Shown one piece after another: positions 47,870 through 60,935 of a stretch of DNA of 64,000 nucleotides. Every line of letters begins with the position of its first letter. Position 1 is the stretch's first letter. The notes under the pieces were generated by a model. That model was not told the DNA's origin, did no database searches, and saw only the letters and a list, made by a program, of their open reading frames with translations. The position numbers and the translations under genes were made by a program. The DNA is from Hypanus sabinus (Eukaryota), in NCBI RefSeq assembly GCF_030144855.1, contig NC_082731.1, forward strand, positions 25,420,001-25,484,000. The letters run 5' to 3'.

Positions 47870-50800
47870 GATATGCCCCACAGAGGAAGAAGTCACAAAT
47901 TGAAGGGTTAGACATTTTAAAGGCAAGTTGATAGTGTACGGGGAGAGTGAATGGTTATGAAAATGGATACGGTAAACAAATGGTTAAAATTGGGAATTTG
48001 CGGGCCTATTATGTGGTTGGACAGATTGGCCCTTGATACTAAATAAGGGCAGAACAATGTATGAACCTGGTATACCGGATGACATGCGAAGTGGAGCAAG
48101 AAAGGAATAAGTTGAAGTATGAAGTGAATGTTATCAAGGAGAGTTTCTCCATAATGATTGAAGTGGTCAGGACTAGTCTAAATTGGGCACTGCAAGCTGA
48201 GGAGAAGGGAATTAAGATAGCTTGTAGACTAGTGCAAATCAAAGATCAAGAGGCGGTTCGCCGCCAGAAAAATATCCCCGATCCCAGGAAGATAAGATTG
48301 ATGTTGTCATTTAAGGGAGACCCAGATAACTGGGATGGGGATATATGGTATGATGATAAAGTTAATGGGTCCTCTGGTGAGGGGAAAACTGCTTTTCCCC
48401 CAGAACCATTGCCGACTCGGCCTGCTGTGATGACTTTTCTAAGTAATGTACCCAGGCAACCTGGAGTACTGACTCTCGAGTACAAGGAGTATACTGATAA
48501 GGAGCTAACTGAGATGGCTGCGGATTTAAAGCAGTGTCTGGGGAATCGCTGACTGACTGTTTACTCCCGTTGTGGGATGATGAAGGTGCTAGTATAACCT
48601 TTCATTCTGAAGAACTAGCAAGGCTAGTGTCTTTCACCTCGAATCCCCGATTACTACTATGTTACGACAATTTCTCCATGCGGATAGTTTCTTTCTCAAG
48701 TGCTGGACGCTATTAAAAAGGTATGCCCGCACACCCTTGATTGGGATTCAACGGTACAGGGGGACTGGGAAACTGCCGCTGAATGTACACATAGCCTAAG
48801 ACATCAGGCCACGGTCACTATGATGTATGGGGAAGGGACGCACAGTGGCGACTGGGTCGGACTCCCGACCAAGAGGAATTCAGCGGAGGGATGTACACGT
48901 GTTTGTTGTAGTGAGGTGCCCCATTATTTCTGGTTGTCGTTCTTGCATTATTGGGACCCTTAGTTCAGGAGGACGTGGAGGGCGTGAATAATGCCTTGGC
49001 GAACCTTTCGGTCTTGGTCGGGGTTTAAACCCCGAGTCAGTTCGACATGGCTAACTAATGCTGGAGGGGAAGGTACTAATGGTATCAGTGCGACGAGGAA
49101 TCCTGCCCTGACGCGCAGGGAGATGTTCACTATCCTTTCAAAAGCAGGCGACAAAAAGCAAAAGATTGACGGTGTACCGACTGGTGTACTGTATGCTATG
49201 TATCATGAGCATATGAAAGTTGAAAAGAGACCGGCTGCCACTTCTGCTCCTCCTGGCTCTTCACTGCACCCATCGTTAACTGAATTTCAGGACGCCGTAA
49301 AAAAGGCCATACAGGAAGAGACCGGGAAATGGCAGCCTCGCAACCCTTCCGGAACATAAGGTGATGGCCGGATTCCCCCGATATGTAAGATCAATTCGAT
49401 TTGGGTTCGGGGTGCCCAAGATCTTATGTACCTATCGTGGTCCACTGGGCAATGGGAAATGATCAACTGTTTGTTGCTCTGGTGGATACGGAGCTGAATC
49501 TTTCTGTGATCCCGGGCAATCCCGACAAGTGGAGGGGATCCAAGTATAATATTGAAGGGATGGTGAGGGGTGCCTTTATATGGCCCTGGAAGTAACGGTG
49601 CGTGCAACGATCCACAAAAACGTCCCGTTTTCCATATCTGTCCAGATTGCTGTAATCACCATCAGTATATTAGGAATGAATGTGTAACGGGAAATGCAAT
49701 TGAAAACATCGTTAAGGACCTTTAGTTTTGGGATCCGGAGCATGCGCGTTGTAGTCAGAAGGGGTAAGTGGGAACCAACGCAGATAGTGTCGATTCCACA
49801 ACACCGGATCCCTGAAGGTCACAATGATATAACTGATACTGTTGCTTCCTTGGAGCTATTTGTGGTTACACGACACGCATCGACCCTGTACAATAGCTGG
49901 GTCTGGCCGGTAAAACACCATACGAGTCCTGGCGAATGACAATCGTTTATGAACAATTGAATAGATATTCTCCCCCATTGAGTTCTGCTGTGCTCGACTT
50001 TGTGACGCTGGTAGATAATATTTCGGATAATGCAAATGGTCGGTGGTATGCTGTTACTGATCTGTCCAACGCCTTCTTTTCGATTCCTTTGGAGGAGGAA
50101 TTACAGGAGTTTTCTCCTGGAACGATTGACAGTAAACTTTCCCTCGTTTGCCACAAGGGTATATTCATAGTCTCACTTTGTGCCACAGGAGAGTGCCGCG
50201 TGATTTGGAGACTTGCGCACTGCCACCTAACGTTAGAATAGACCACTATATCGATGATGTTCTGTTACAGGGACCTGACGAAGGAAGTGTCGCAGAGGCA
50301 CTGAGGTCTCTGTTGCAATCTGTGGAAAACGGGGGATGCGCCGTAAATGAAGATAAGGTTCAAGGTCCCTGTCAATCAATAACATTTCTGGGGATCCACT
50401 GGCATGCCGGGGAGAGAATAGTACCGGAAAAGGTGCGAAATAAAATTCAAACCGCAGCTACCCCCACTAAAAAACACGAAGCCCGGGGCTTTGTGGGATT
50501 ATTCGGATATTCGAGGAGATATATTCCCTACTAGACTCTCCTATTGAAACCACTGTACTCCGTCACTCGAAAGAAGAGTAAAATCACATGGGGAGAAGCG
50601 ATAAACGAGGGGTTTGTGCAGGGCAAAATGACATTTGAACAGGCTTTTACACTTTCACCTCGGGTCCCGAGGGCCCGTATAAATTGCAAGTGTCTGTTCC
50701 AGATAACATGGCAGTATGGAGTCTTTGGCAACGGCAGAATGGAAGGAGGGTGCCCCTAGGGTTCGGGTCACGCCCTATGCCGGAGGTTGCCGACGGATAT

Positions 50801-51700
50801 ACTCCGTTTGAACGACAGCTTCTTACTGGGCTCTGGTTGAAACAGAGTCCATCACGGGACTGGACCTCACCGTGCGGCGACGTGATTTGCCTATTATGTG
50901 CTGGGTGCTTGCCACCGATACGAAGGTAAGACAGGGGCGTGAACAGCAGTCATGCATACTGAATCGGAAATTGTATATAAAGGAGCGGGCTGCTAAGCGA
51001 TCCGAAGGTGTATGCCGTCTTCATGACCAAGCAGCCAGATTACCAATGATAGCTGCAACCAAGGAAGAAGGCCAGTTCCCCCTCTCGAGCCCTCCCCTAT
51101 TCGATGGGCCGGCCGTACGAGGAAAATAGCATCGGATAAAAAGGCTACTACCTCGTTTTCGGATAGTTTGAGCCGTCGAGTGTCGGGACGCCAACGGTGG
51201 ATGGCCGCTGCTCTGCGACCCCCAGACGATACTCAGTTAATACACGCAGGAGAAGACGGATCCAGTCAGCTGGCGGAACGTGTAACTGTTATCCTGCCCT
51301 TTTTCACTCCCCACCAAGGAAATTGGAACATATACCGACTCTTGGACCGCGCCTAATAGAATGGCTATCTGGATTATGAGTTGGCAGATGCACCAGAGGA
51401 CAGTTCATAATAAACCTATCTGGGGCAAGGAATATTGGCAAAATATATGGCCGGAAGCGCAAAGGCGCGACGTTTATGTGTATCATTGGAATGCTCACCA
51501 AAAGGACAAAGCCCTACGACGCTCTACAATAATCAAGTAGAAGGATTTCTCCGGTATCTGCTATTACAGTGCCTCCAGTTAGATGGGCCCACGAGCAATC
51601 CGGTTCACGTGGATATTTCGTTATAATGGAAATCTTATAAAATGAGGAGAGTTTGGCAGCTTTGAGCTTCTACGCACTGGACCCTAGAAGAATGCGCGAG
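47870..51700 (+). mobile_element. ERV-L-like (class III) endogenous retrovirus remnant: gag-pro-RT-RNaseH-start of integrase
   Basis: Gag: DPDNWDGDIW (48322-48348). Protease: VPIVVHW...LVDTE...IPGNP (about 49430-49525). RT: NSWVWPVK, AVTDLSNAFFSIP, PQGYIHS, YIDD (50247-50258), KVQGP..ITFLG. RNaseH: GEDGSSQLAE, KPIWG, VYHWNAH. Integrase start: WAHEQSG (51584-51604). Many frameshifts; no env or LTRs seen. Confidence 0.85.
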
Positions 51701-51704
51701 CGAG

Positions 51705-52830
51705 TGTGGGAGGGTGACACCTGATTGAAAACTACCGAAAGCTGAATGTTCCAGATAGAGTGAATGCTGAGAGTTTGTTTCCTCCGGTGGGGGTACCAGG
51801 AACCAAAGGAAACAGCCTCAAAATTGAGGAGCGACCCTTTAGGACATAGGGAACGGGGGAATTATCTTAGCCAGAGAGCGGACTATCTGTGGAAAATTCT
51901 GCGATAGACTGCGGTGAAGCTCAATTCCTGCTTGTATTTAAGCTGGCCGTTGATTGTTTCCTGACTGGTCAGGACATCAAAGGATATCGCAATAAAGCAG
52001 GTCTGTTGGTTTGAGTGTGATCCTTTGTCAGTCAGGATGAAATGGCGGAGCATATCTGTTGGGCTGAATGGACTAACTCCGCTACCATGCCTTAAGGTTT
52101 ATAATGCTTTGTAAAAGTCGGCATTGGGCGATACGTCTATAAGGCTTAGCCGCTCGACATTCACGATGAAAAAGTAAATTGGATTAGATATTGTCTTTGT
52201 GGGAGAAGTTAGAGATTGAACCTCCCTGAATGGCCGCCGTTAAGCAGTGGAGTGCCGCAGGGATCCGTGTTTGATCTGTTGCTGTTTCTCGTCTGCATCA
52301 ATGATATAGATGATAATGTCGGATCACCACATTGGCAGATAACACCAACGGTGAATGTGTGGTAGACAATGAGGAAGGCCATCGGATTTGCAGAGGGGTT
52401 GGGCCAGCTGGAAAAATGGGCAGAACATGGCAGATCAAAAGTAATGAAGACAAATGCGGTAGGAACAACTATGCTAAGAACCACACAGTCAACGATATGG
52501 TACTGAGGAGTGCGTATGAACAAAGGGATCTGAGAATATTGGAATATCGGTCCATGAATAATTGAATGTGGTATATCAGGTAGATGACGGCGTAAAGACA
52601 GCTTTCAGCACATTGGCCTTCATAAATCAAAATATTGAGCTTAGGAGATGGGATTTTATGTTGGAGTTTTAAAAGACGCTGTTGAGACCTCATTTGGCGT
52701 TGTGTGCTGTTTCAGTCACGTGCCTAAAGGCTAGATTTAACTAAGTTTGAAAGAATACACAAAAACATTGCAAGGTCAGGACGACGTGAGTTATAAGGAA
52801 AAACTTAATAGATTAAGACGCTTTTGTTTT
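51705..52830 (+). mobile_element. CR1 LINE fragments
   Basis: SGVPQGSVFDLLLFLVCINDID at about 52245-52310, plus 3'-end-like sequence at 51705-52000. Confidence 0.7.
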
Positions 52831-52849
52831 TGCAACAGACAATAGTCAA

Positions 52850-54600
52850 TAGGTACAGGAGGAGACCCTTCGAGCCAGCAACGACATTCAAAGTGATCAT
52901 GGTTAATCATCCACAATCAATACCCCGTTCCTACTTCTCCCCTTATCCCTTGACTCCGCTATCTTTAAGAACTCTACCTAAATCTTTCTTGAAAGCATCC
53001 AGAGAATTGGCCTCCAGAGTCTTCTGAGGCAGAGCATTCCTCACATCCACAACTCTCTGGGTGAAAAAAGTTTCGTTTTTTTTTCTGAACTTTGTTCTAA
53101 GTAGCCTACCCCTTATTCTTAAACTGGGCCCTCTGGTTCTGGACTCCCCCAAAATCGCGAACATGTTCCCTGCACCTCGCGGGTCCAATCCCTTAATAAT
53201 CTTATGTGTTTCAATCAGATCCCCTCTCATCCTTCTAAATTCCAGTGAATAAAAGCCCAATCGCTCCAGTCTTTCAACATATGGCAGTCCCGCCATCCTA
53301 GGAGTTAACCTCCAAAAGCTACGCTGCACTTCCTCGATAGCAAGAATGCCCTTCCTCAAATTTGGAGACCAAAATTGAACACAATATTTTAGGTGTCGTC
53401 TCACCAGGGCCTTGTACAACTGCAAAAGCACTGATTTGATTCTATTCCCAGTTCCCCTCTTATGAAGGCCAACATGCCATTAGCATTCTTTATAGCCTAT
53501 TGTACCTGCATTATTACTTTTAGTGACTGTTGTACAAGAACACCTAGATCCCGTTGTACTTCCCTTTGTCCTAACTTGACTCCATTCACATAGTAAACTG
53601 CCTACCCGTTCGTGCCACCAAAGCGGATAACCTCAAATTTTTCCATATTAAATTGCATCTGCCCATTCACCCAACCTGTCGAAGTCACCCTGCTTTCTCC
53701 TAACATCCTCCTCATATTTCACACTGCCACCCAGCTTTGTGTCTCCAGAAAATCTGCTAATGTTCCTTTCAATCCCTTCATCTAAATTATTAATATTTAT
53801 TGTAAATACCTCCGGTCCCAGCCCCGAGCCTTGCGGTACCCCACTAGTCACTCCCTGCCATTCACAAAAGGACAAGTTCATACCTACTCTTCGTTTCCTG
53901 TCTGCTAAGCAATTTTCTATCCACATTAGTAGCCTAACCCGAATAAAAAGGGCTCTAGGTTTTGCCCACCAATCTCCCATGTGGTACCTTATCAAAGGCT
54001 TTCTGAACGTCCAGGTAACTTACATCAACTGGCTCTCCCTTGTTCATTTCCATAGTGACATACTCAAAAAAATTCCAGACGATTAGCATGATTTCCATTT
54101 CCTAAATCCATACTGACACGGACCGATCCATTTACTGCTCTGCAAAAGTGCTTCGATTTGATCTTTTATAATTGATTCCAGCATCATCCCCGGCACTGAT
54201 GTCAGGCTAATTTGTCTATAATTCCCTGCTTTCCCTCTCCTTCCTTTCTTAAAAAATGATATAACATTAGCTTCCCTTCAATCCTCTGGAACTGGTCCTG
54301 AATCTATAGAACATTGGAAAATGATTACCAACGCATCCACGAATTCTAGCGCCACCTCCTTAAGTACCCTGGGATGTAGACTACCAGTCCCTGGAGAGTT
54401 ATCAGCCTTCCATCAATCGAATCAACAACATTTTGTGTCTGGTGTGAAGGTCCTTCAGTTCCTCCGTGACCCTAGGTCCTCTGGCCACTATTACATCTGG
54501 GAGATTGTCTATGTCTTCCCTCGTGAAGACAGATCCAAAGTGTCTGATCAACTCATCTGCCTTTTCCTTGTTCCCCAGAATAAATTCACCCATTTCTGAC
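52850..54600 (-). mobile_element. CR1 LINE RT and 3' part
   Basis: ORF 53648-53995 (SGVPQGSGLGP...SRFSGDTKLGG), ORF 52943-53431 (LYKALVR.HL.YCVQFWSP) and ORF 54402-54710 (KEKADEL..HFGSVFT.ED). Confidence 0.92.
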
Positions 54601-54899
54601 TTGGAACGTAGAAGATTGTGGGGTGATTTGGCGGACACACAGAAAATTATGATGGGTTTACACCGAGTAAGAGCAAACAGGGTTTTCACTGAGGTTTGCT
54701 TAGTATTCAATTAGAGGTCATGGATTAAACCTGAAAAGTCAACAAATTCTGAAAATAGTGGATATTTTTTTTCTGACTCAGAGATGCGTGACGGCGTGGA
54801 GCGAGCTGACTGTGCGACCACGATTTCAGAGTTCAACAGAAGTTTGAATGGGTAAATCGATGGCAAGTTTACGGAGAACTATGGAACGGGTTCAAGGCG

Positions 54900-56720
54900 A
54901 CCGGACTAAGGAATTCAAATTGTTCGACGCCGGTATCTCTCACAGACTGAACCTTGGGAGACGTTTATCTTTGAAGGGAAGAAGACGCAAAATGAACGGC
55001 AGAACATGATGCAGAGTGCATTGTATTAGATAAAAATGAGTGAGGAAAGGCAAAGGGCTCCATGAAGGAAAGAAGTGAGTTGCTGGAATGAGAAGAGAAA
55101 TGAAAATTGGCGTGTACCTCCTAGTGGCTACCGATTTTAATTCCACTTTTCATTCCGTTTCCGAAATATCAGTACACAGTCTCATCGGATTTTCCGATGA
55201 GACCAGGCTGAGGTTCGGGTAACAACACTTTATATTCTGCTTAGTTTCACCGTGATGGTATCATAATCGATTTCTCGAATTTCCAATAATGACTACACCC
55301 TACCCCACTTTTCTATCACTCCCTACTTCCTAACCTGCCCACCCTTTCCCTCTGGGGTTGCTCCTCCTTTTTTTCCTTTCATGGCGTTTTCTCCGTCCTG
55401 ACAGATTTTGCCTTCTCCAGGCCCGTGTATCCTTAATCAGTTAGCTTCCTTGCACTTTGTTTCACCTCCCTTCCCCTTACAGTTTTACCTATCACGTTGT
55501 GGGTCTTCCTTCCCTGCACCCACTTTCTTACTCTGATGACCCATTTTCTTTTTCCAGACCTGATGAAGGGTCTCGGCCCGAAACGTCAACTGAGCTCATT
55601 TTCACAGATGTTGTCTGGCATGCTGAGTTCCTCCAGCATTTTCTGTCTGTTGCTTGGATTTCCAGCAACTGCAGATATTCTCTTGGTTGTGATTAGACTA
55701 CTACGCTGTGAAGTCACTTGCAGCGATGTCCATTGTGAAGAAGTTCACAAGTTACCTTAAACGGAAGTTCAGCGAAACTCTCTCTCACTGTTCCCCTTCT
55801 GTACCACTTCTGACCTCCGAAACTTCTACAGCGTGCTCACGCAGGCCTGCTACCACAGCACCGTATCCTACTGCGAACATCTTCGCTGCCAGCTTGTATC
55901 AAATGTCTTCCAGCTCCCTTTACAAGCATCTCGATTCGGAACCGCTGAGAACTCCAGGTACTCATATTCAATTGACTGCTTCTCCTCCTGTTTCTACTAC
56001 CGCGTTCTGCGCACCACACATTCCTACATGAGGAGGTATCTGGAGTCCATATCTCAGTCGCATCCACAACTCTGAGATTCTCTCTCCGCCGACGGCACCG
56101 GTCCACTCCGCTCCTTTATCCAACGCCGGATCCAACTTTTTAATCGCTGACTATCTGACTTTCTCACGTCCTGCAAGGATCGATCGATTGCCCGTCTGCA
56201 CATTACAAAACTTGCAGTCACTTTTCCAGGCAAGCACGGACCTCTCCAGAATATGACCTCTGCTGCCGACCTCAACAATTTTAAGTATCCCGAGTAGATT
56301 CATAACATAGAATCCATCGTCATCAAAGTAAATACCAAAGAAAATGGGCACATTCATAGTGCCGATTGCACAAGCTCCAAGTTGTGCTCCAACTCCTCCG
56401 ACATCTTCTTGACAGAGCAACTCCAGGCTGGGTCATTATGCGCTGCCGGTTCATCCCACGTCTTCCCTTTCCGCGCCTCGAATCTGCATTCTATGTCTCT
56501 CAAGGTCCATCGCCAGATCTGGCGTCCTCGAAGATTCCATGTTCCACTCACCTTACCTTATCATAACATAACAAACCTCCACTTTGCTCTGACACTACCG
56601 ACATCCATCCACCACCAGATCCGAGGCGTCTCTTCACCATTCTCTCTGATCTTTCCGTAGCTGAGGCAAAACCTTTGTCCTCAATAAGGGTCTTACTCTT
56701 ATACCCTCCGCACACACTTC
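54900..56720 (+). mobile_element. Penelope-like element: GIY-YIG end and pseudo-LTR (about 54900-55700) followed by ORF 5' region (about 55800-56720)
   Basis: VATDFNST and QHFIF..GIIIDFSNF-like C-terminus, hammerhead at 55555-55592, N-terminal ORF 55833-56075 (YHSTVSY...MRRYLESISQ) and a VLNKGLT-like motif at about 56680. Confidence 0.75.
55555..55592 (+). ncRNA. Minimal type I hammerhead ribozyme motif (core intact, stem I damaged)
   Basis: CUGAUGA (55560-55566), aGGGucucggCCC, GAAA (55580-55583), CGUC, with the predicted cleavage site after C55587. Stem I cagac/aacug has only 3 of 5 pairs. Confidence 0.7.
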
Positions 56721-56739
56721 TATGAGATCCGGGTCCGCC

Positions 56740-57360
56740 ATGACGCTGCGGTTACTTTTCTTGTTACTCCCTGGGAAAGCAGGTAGAGTGACACGGAACC
56801 CCTTAATTCCTTCAACGTGATTCCGATGCCCCATTGGTGGATGCTAAGGAAGACCATGAAGCGGGGTTATTCTTTTCTGCTGGGGTTCTGGTGATGCCCG
56901 AACTGTAGAAGCACAGAGTGAAACTGAGTGCCAGGAACTCTTCGCAGATGGAGGTCAGCATCAGGCGGGAATGCCAATCGTGCACCTCTGTTAGGTGACG
57001 GTCACGTCTAGCGTCCCTCAGAGACAAGCCGAGAAGAAACTCTCTCTAAAAAAGGGAAAGCTGATGGCCGAGTCATTCAAACTTTGCGGAATAGCCGGTA
57101 CCTGAAGGTTGCAAAAACAGGTTGAAAGAAAAGATGCTGAGATTGGACTTTTTTTTCTGCTGAAGAGCTTGATGTGGCCTGCTCCAAGAGCATTCGGCAC
57201 AGAATCCGGGTGACAGAGGACATCCTGTTCAGAGATAAGTCGCGGGGATTAGCGCTTGCAGTGGTGCAAAACTTTCTTCAGCATCCACGGAAGCCGAAGA
57301 AAACTGGGATCATCGGTGTGTCGAACTCCCGATGCATCCCCAACATTACTGGCTAGAGAG
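56740..57360 (-). mobile_element. L1/Tx1-like LINE 3' fragment
   Basis: Interrupts the Penelope ORF. The minus-strand frames resemble Tx1-type ORF2 C-termini only weakly. Confidence 0.4.
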
Positions 57361-58159
57361 GATTGGATGTCTGGGGACTCTGGTACTCCGAACTGATTTG
57401 CAGTATCCGACCAGTACACGGGTTCAAAGGTTTCAATGGTATAATTAATGTTATACAAATACATGCAATATGCATCCTGAATTTATTTTCTTCAGAACCA
57501 TCCATGAAAGCGGAGGAGCGTCTCAATGAAGACGATGGCAGTTAACTGTTAGATACCGAAAGACCAACATCACCCCCCAGTTCCACTCAAAAGGGCAGAA
57601 AGCACCAATAAGTATAAAGACTTGCAGTACCCCAAAGAGTGCACGTTAACCCGGTAATTTGACATAATAAGGGAAAAAATACGTCTGTGTTTCACAGGGA
57701 GAGGGAGACATAAGAAAACAGCTCGTTGATTTACAATCTTAAAGGCAGTTGCTTTGCTTTTTGTGGGCTCTGTTACCAAACAACTCGGGTCACTGGGTCA
57801 CAGCCAGCAAGTTGCTTTCGATCTTCCATCTCCCACGACACACTGATTTCCTGTCGAGTCACATTCGAGAGCCCCTGCCACCAGAGACACGCAGTCCCAT
57901 TAACCTGAAAGCTTGCTTTGATAGGGCCAGTCGTGAGATCCCGACAGCTAATTCCATTCTCGCAAACAACTGAATTCAGCGTTTAGGGGATGGAGGGATA
58001 GACAAGGGAGAGCGATTCCTGTGGAAAGCAGGAAGTGGGTGGGAGGGTTAGGACGGAAAGATGGGATCGCAGACGCGGCCATTCCCTTGTCCATTCGTCC
58101 TTTCCAACTGATGCCCTCTTAGCAAGCGAAACAAATGGTATACTTACCCCTAAACCTCC

Positions 58160-58800
58160 TCCCTTACTGCCATTCAGAACTCTAAACTGTTCGCTCCAAG
58201 CGAAGCGACCCCTCTCAGGCGACTCTTTTGGGGTCCAATATTTCCGCTGTGGCTTCTACGAAATCGGTGAGACCCGACGTAGATTGGAATTTTGTTAAAA
58301 GAGAACCTAATATCCATCCGCCATATAACAAAAACATTATCTACAGAAGGCCAAGCATTTTATTGTAATTTCACTTCCCACTTTCATTCCTGTATTTCTA
58401 CCAATTGCGTCAACCAATTGGGTAGGCTCGAACCTGAAGGCATGATCCTCGCTTCCTCTAACTTCCAGTAGTGTTCCTCCCCCATCTCCAGCACCATTTT
58501 CCACTACATTTTCTCCCTCTCTTTTATCCCCTTGGCCGACCATCGATTCTTTCTGATACTACTTCCCATCGATTCTTTCTGATACTCCTTCACTCTGTCT
58601 CTTTCACCTATCAACTTGGAACTTACTTACAGTCGCCGAGAGTTTCTCTCTTCCCTCTTCACAACTTTCAAAGCTACCGCTCATCTTTATTTCTCCAGTC
58701 TTGCCGGAAGGATTCTGCCCGAAATGTCGACAGTACTCTTTCCCATATATGCCTGGCCAGCTGAGTTCCTCCTGCAGTGTGTGCGTGTTGCTTGGAATGG
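58160..58800 (+). mobile_element. Penelope-like 3' fragment (GIY-YIG and terminal repeat)
   Basis: FRCGFYEIGETRRRL (about 58240-58290), LGRLEPEGM..SNFQ* (about 58420-58470) and a degenerate hammerhead at 58696-58733. Confidence 0.75.
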
Positions 58801-59599
58801 ATCTAGTACAGCTGGAAGAAAGGCTTTAACAAAAGGACGCCCAAATTATTTCATAATTATTGGCGTTAATGCAACCAGTCGATATTTATTTAGGCTGGAC
58901 GTGTCGTCCCTTTTATCCATGGATGTACTTTGACATTTTAAGAACATTTGCTTTGTTTTAAGAAGGAAAACATACATTCCAAGCTTAACAACAGGTTTAC
59001 ATTTTGCTGTAGAAGTCAGTGAAAACATTCGTAATATCTGCTACATTGAGCTGCTAGACAAATGTTCTATTACGAAGATAAGATATAAATCAGTCCTTCT
59101 CCAATAATACTCATATTATAATAGTTCACTATAACCTAAAAAAATGATAGTTTCAGTTTACAACCTCAAAAGGCAATAGAAAACCAGAGGGAATCACTGG
59201 CCGGCAGAGAAAGTGAAATATTTTGACCGCTTTTGTTGTCCTTTATTTTATTATGTTTGCAGCATACGTGATGAGGAAGGAACCCACGTTGATTAATCAC
59301 CCACACTATGACGCGGTAGGACCGTAAATGAAATCTCCAAAGTTACCAAAAACACAGCATTACCAATCAAAGAGTAGTGCATTATTCAACCACTTTACCA
59401 TTCATATCTGCAAATTAGAGACCCGTGGAGTTGCACAACACGGAGACAGAGTCACGAGACCAGCTTGCCCATGCTGCAAAGGAATGGCGAGTCTAACCTA
59501 TTTGTTTTCCTTTACCAGAAATCAGTTTCAAATCGGATGCAGTGTGTCTGATAAAATGTCTTTTAAACGTCTAAATTTTTAACTGATCTACCACTTATT

Positions 59600-59850
59600 T
59601 TGACAGCTTGAATAAAGTACTAATCAACGTCTGTAAAATTTGAGTCCTGCTTATGAATTCTCCCACCCTCCATCCCCTTCGCAACATGAATCTCATCCTG
59701 ATAAATATATAGTACTCCATTATTAGCGAGTATTCCACCATCTATGTCTGTCATAATATTGTAAACCTTGATAAAGTTGTTCGTTAGCCTTCTTCGCGCC
59801 AATAAAAGTGTTCCAGCTTATAGTCGCTTATTCACAGTTCTAAGTTCACA
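59600..59850 (-). mobile_element. CR1 3' fragment
   Basis: ORF 59620-59802 (ARRRLTNNFIKVYNIMTDID). Confidence 0.65.
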
Positions 59851-60142
59851 ATAAATTAATAATCAAAGTTGCATATATGTCATCTATATAAATACACATA
59901 TATTCAAAGACTTGCAGATATTTACAGTAAGATATAGGAATAATACACACAAAGGAAGTTTCAAGCAAACGACTTGCAAAAGACAAACTACAAATAAGTG
60001 TCACCTTCCGGTCCATGCAGGCCGTCTGGAAACTTGTCTGAAACTTCGTCTGCAACCTCGTCTGCGACGTCGTAAGAATCCTCAACGAGTTAACCCGCCG
60101 TAGTGAAACTAGAGCCTTGTTGCGTCCAGATAAGGAACAGTC

Positions 60143-60935
60143 TGTCGTAGTCATGTCCCTTTGTGTCCGAGCCTACACTGGGTACGTCCAGCCGTTTGCC
60201 GCTACTTGACAGAGATATGTCTCTTCTTGTTGAATGTTCTGTGTATAAGAAAACTAACCACCCTATGCCCTGTCCTCAATGCGGGGTCTTGTCTCTATGT
60301 TCCATGTCTGAGAGTAGTCCCGGCCCGATGTTGTGTGCCCAAGGAAGAATCCTGGCTCTGTGTTTCGTGTTCCAGTCCAGTCCGTGTCAAGCCTTGGTTT
60401 CCCAGTCTAGTCCAAGTCAGGACTTCGCGTTCCTGACCGGTCTGTGTCAAAGCTTTGTGTTCCATTCCAGTCGAAGTCAAGGGTTCGTGTTCTCACTCCC
60501 AGACGAGATTCAACTCCTATCCAAGTCGCAGTCGAGTGCCAAGTCTAATCCAATTCCGAGTCCTAACCAAGATGCTAGTCCCGTGTCCTAGCTTAGACCC
60601 AGTTTTGGAGTCGTAGTCAAGACCCAGGTTCCGAGTCCCTATTCAGGCGCTGGTTCGGAATTCTAGCGCAGGCTCCTGGTTCCAAGTTCCTCCTCTAGGT
60701 CCCGTGTTCAAAATCCAAATACTAGCCCGGGACCTGTGTCCCTGTCTAGTCCAGGGGCTGTGTCCTTGTCCAGCGTTGTTTCTCCCCTCTCCTGCTTCGC
60801 TCTCTACTGGATTTCCCTCTGATTAATCCTTGCCTCCCGACTTCCCTTGTTTTCTTGATAACCTTTGTCCATCTCCTCATACGTCAGTGCCTGTTTCTTG
60901 CATTTGGGTCTGTTCCCATCGCCGGCCTTATAACA
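60143..60935 (+). mobile_element. Solo LTR, same family as 7575-9672
   Basis: Starts TGTCGTAGTC and ends CATTTGGGTCTGTTCCCATCGCCGGCCTTATAACA, homologous to the LTR ends at 8700-8732 and 9640-9672. No clean TSD. Confidence 0.7.
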
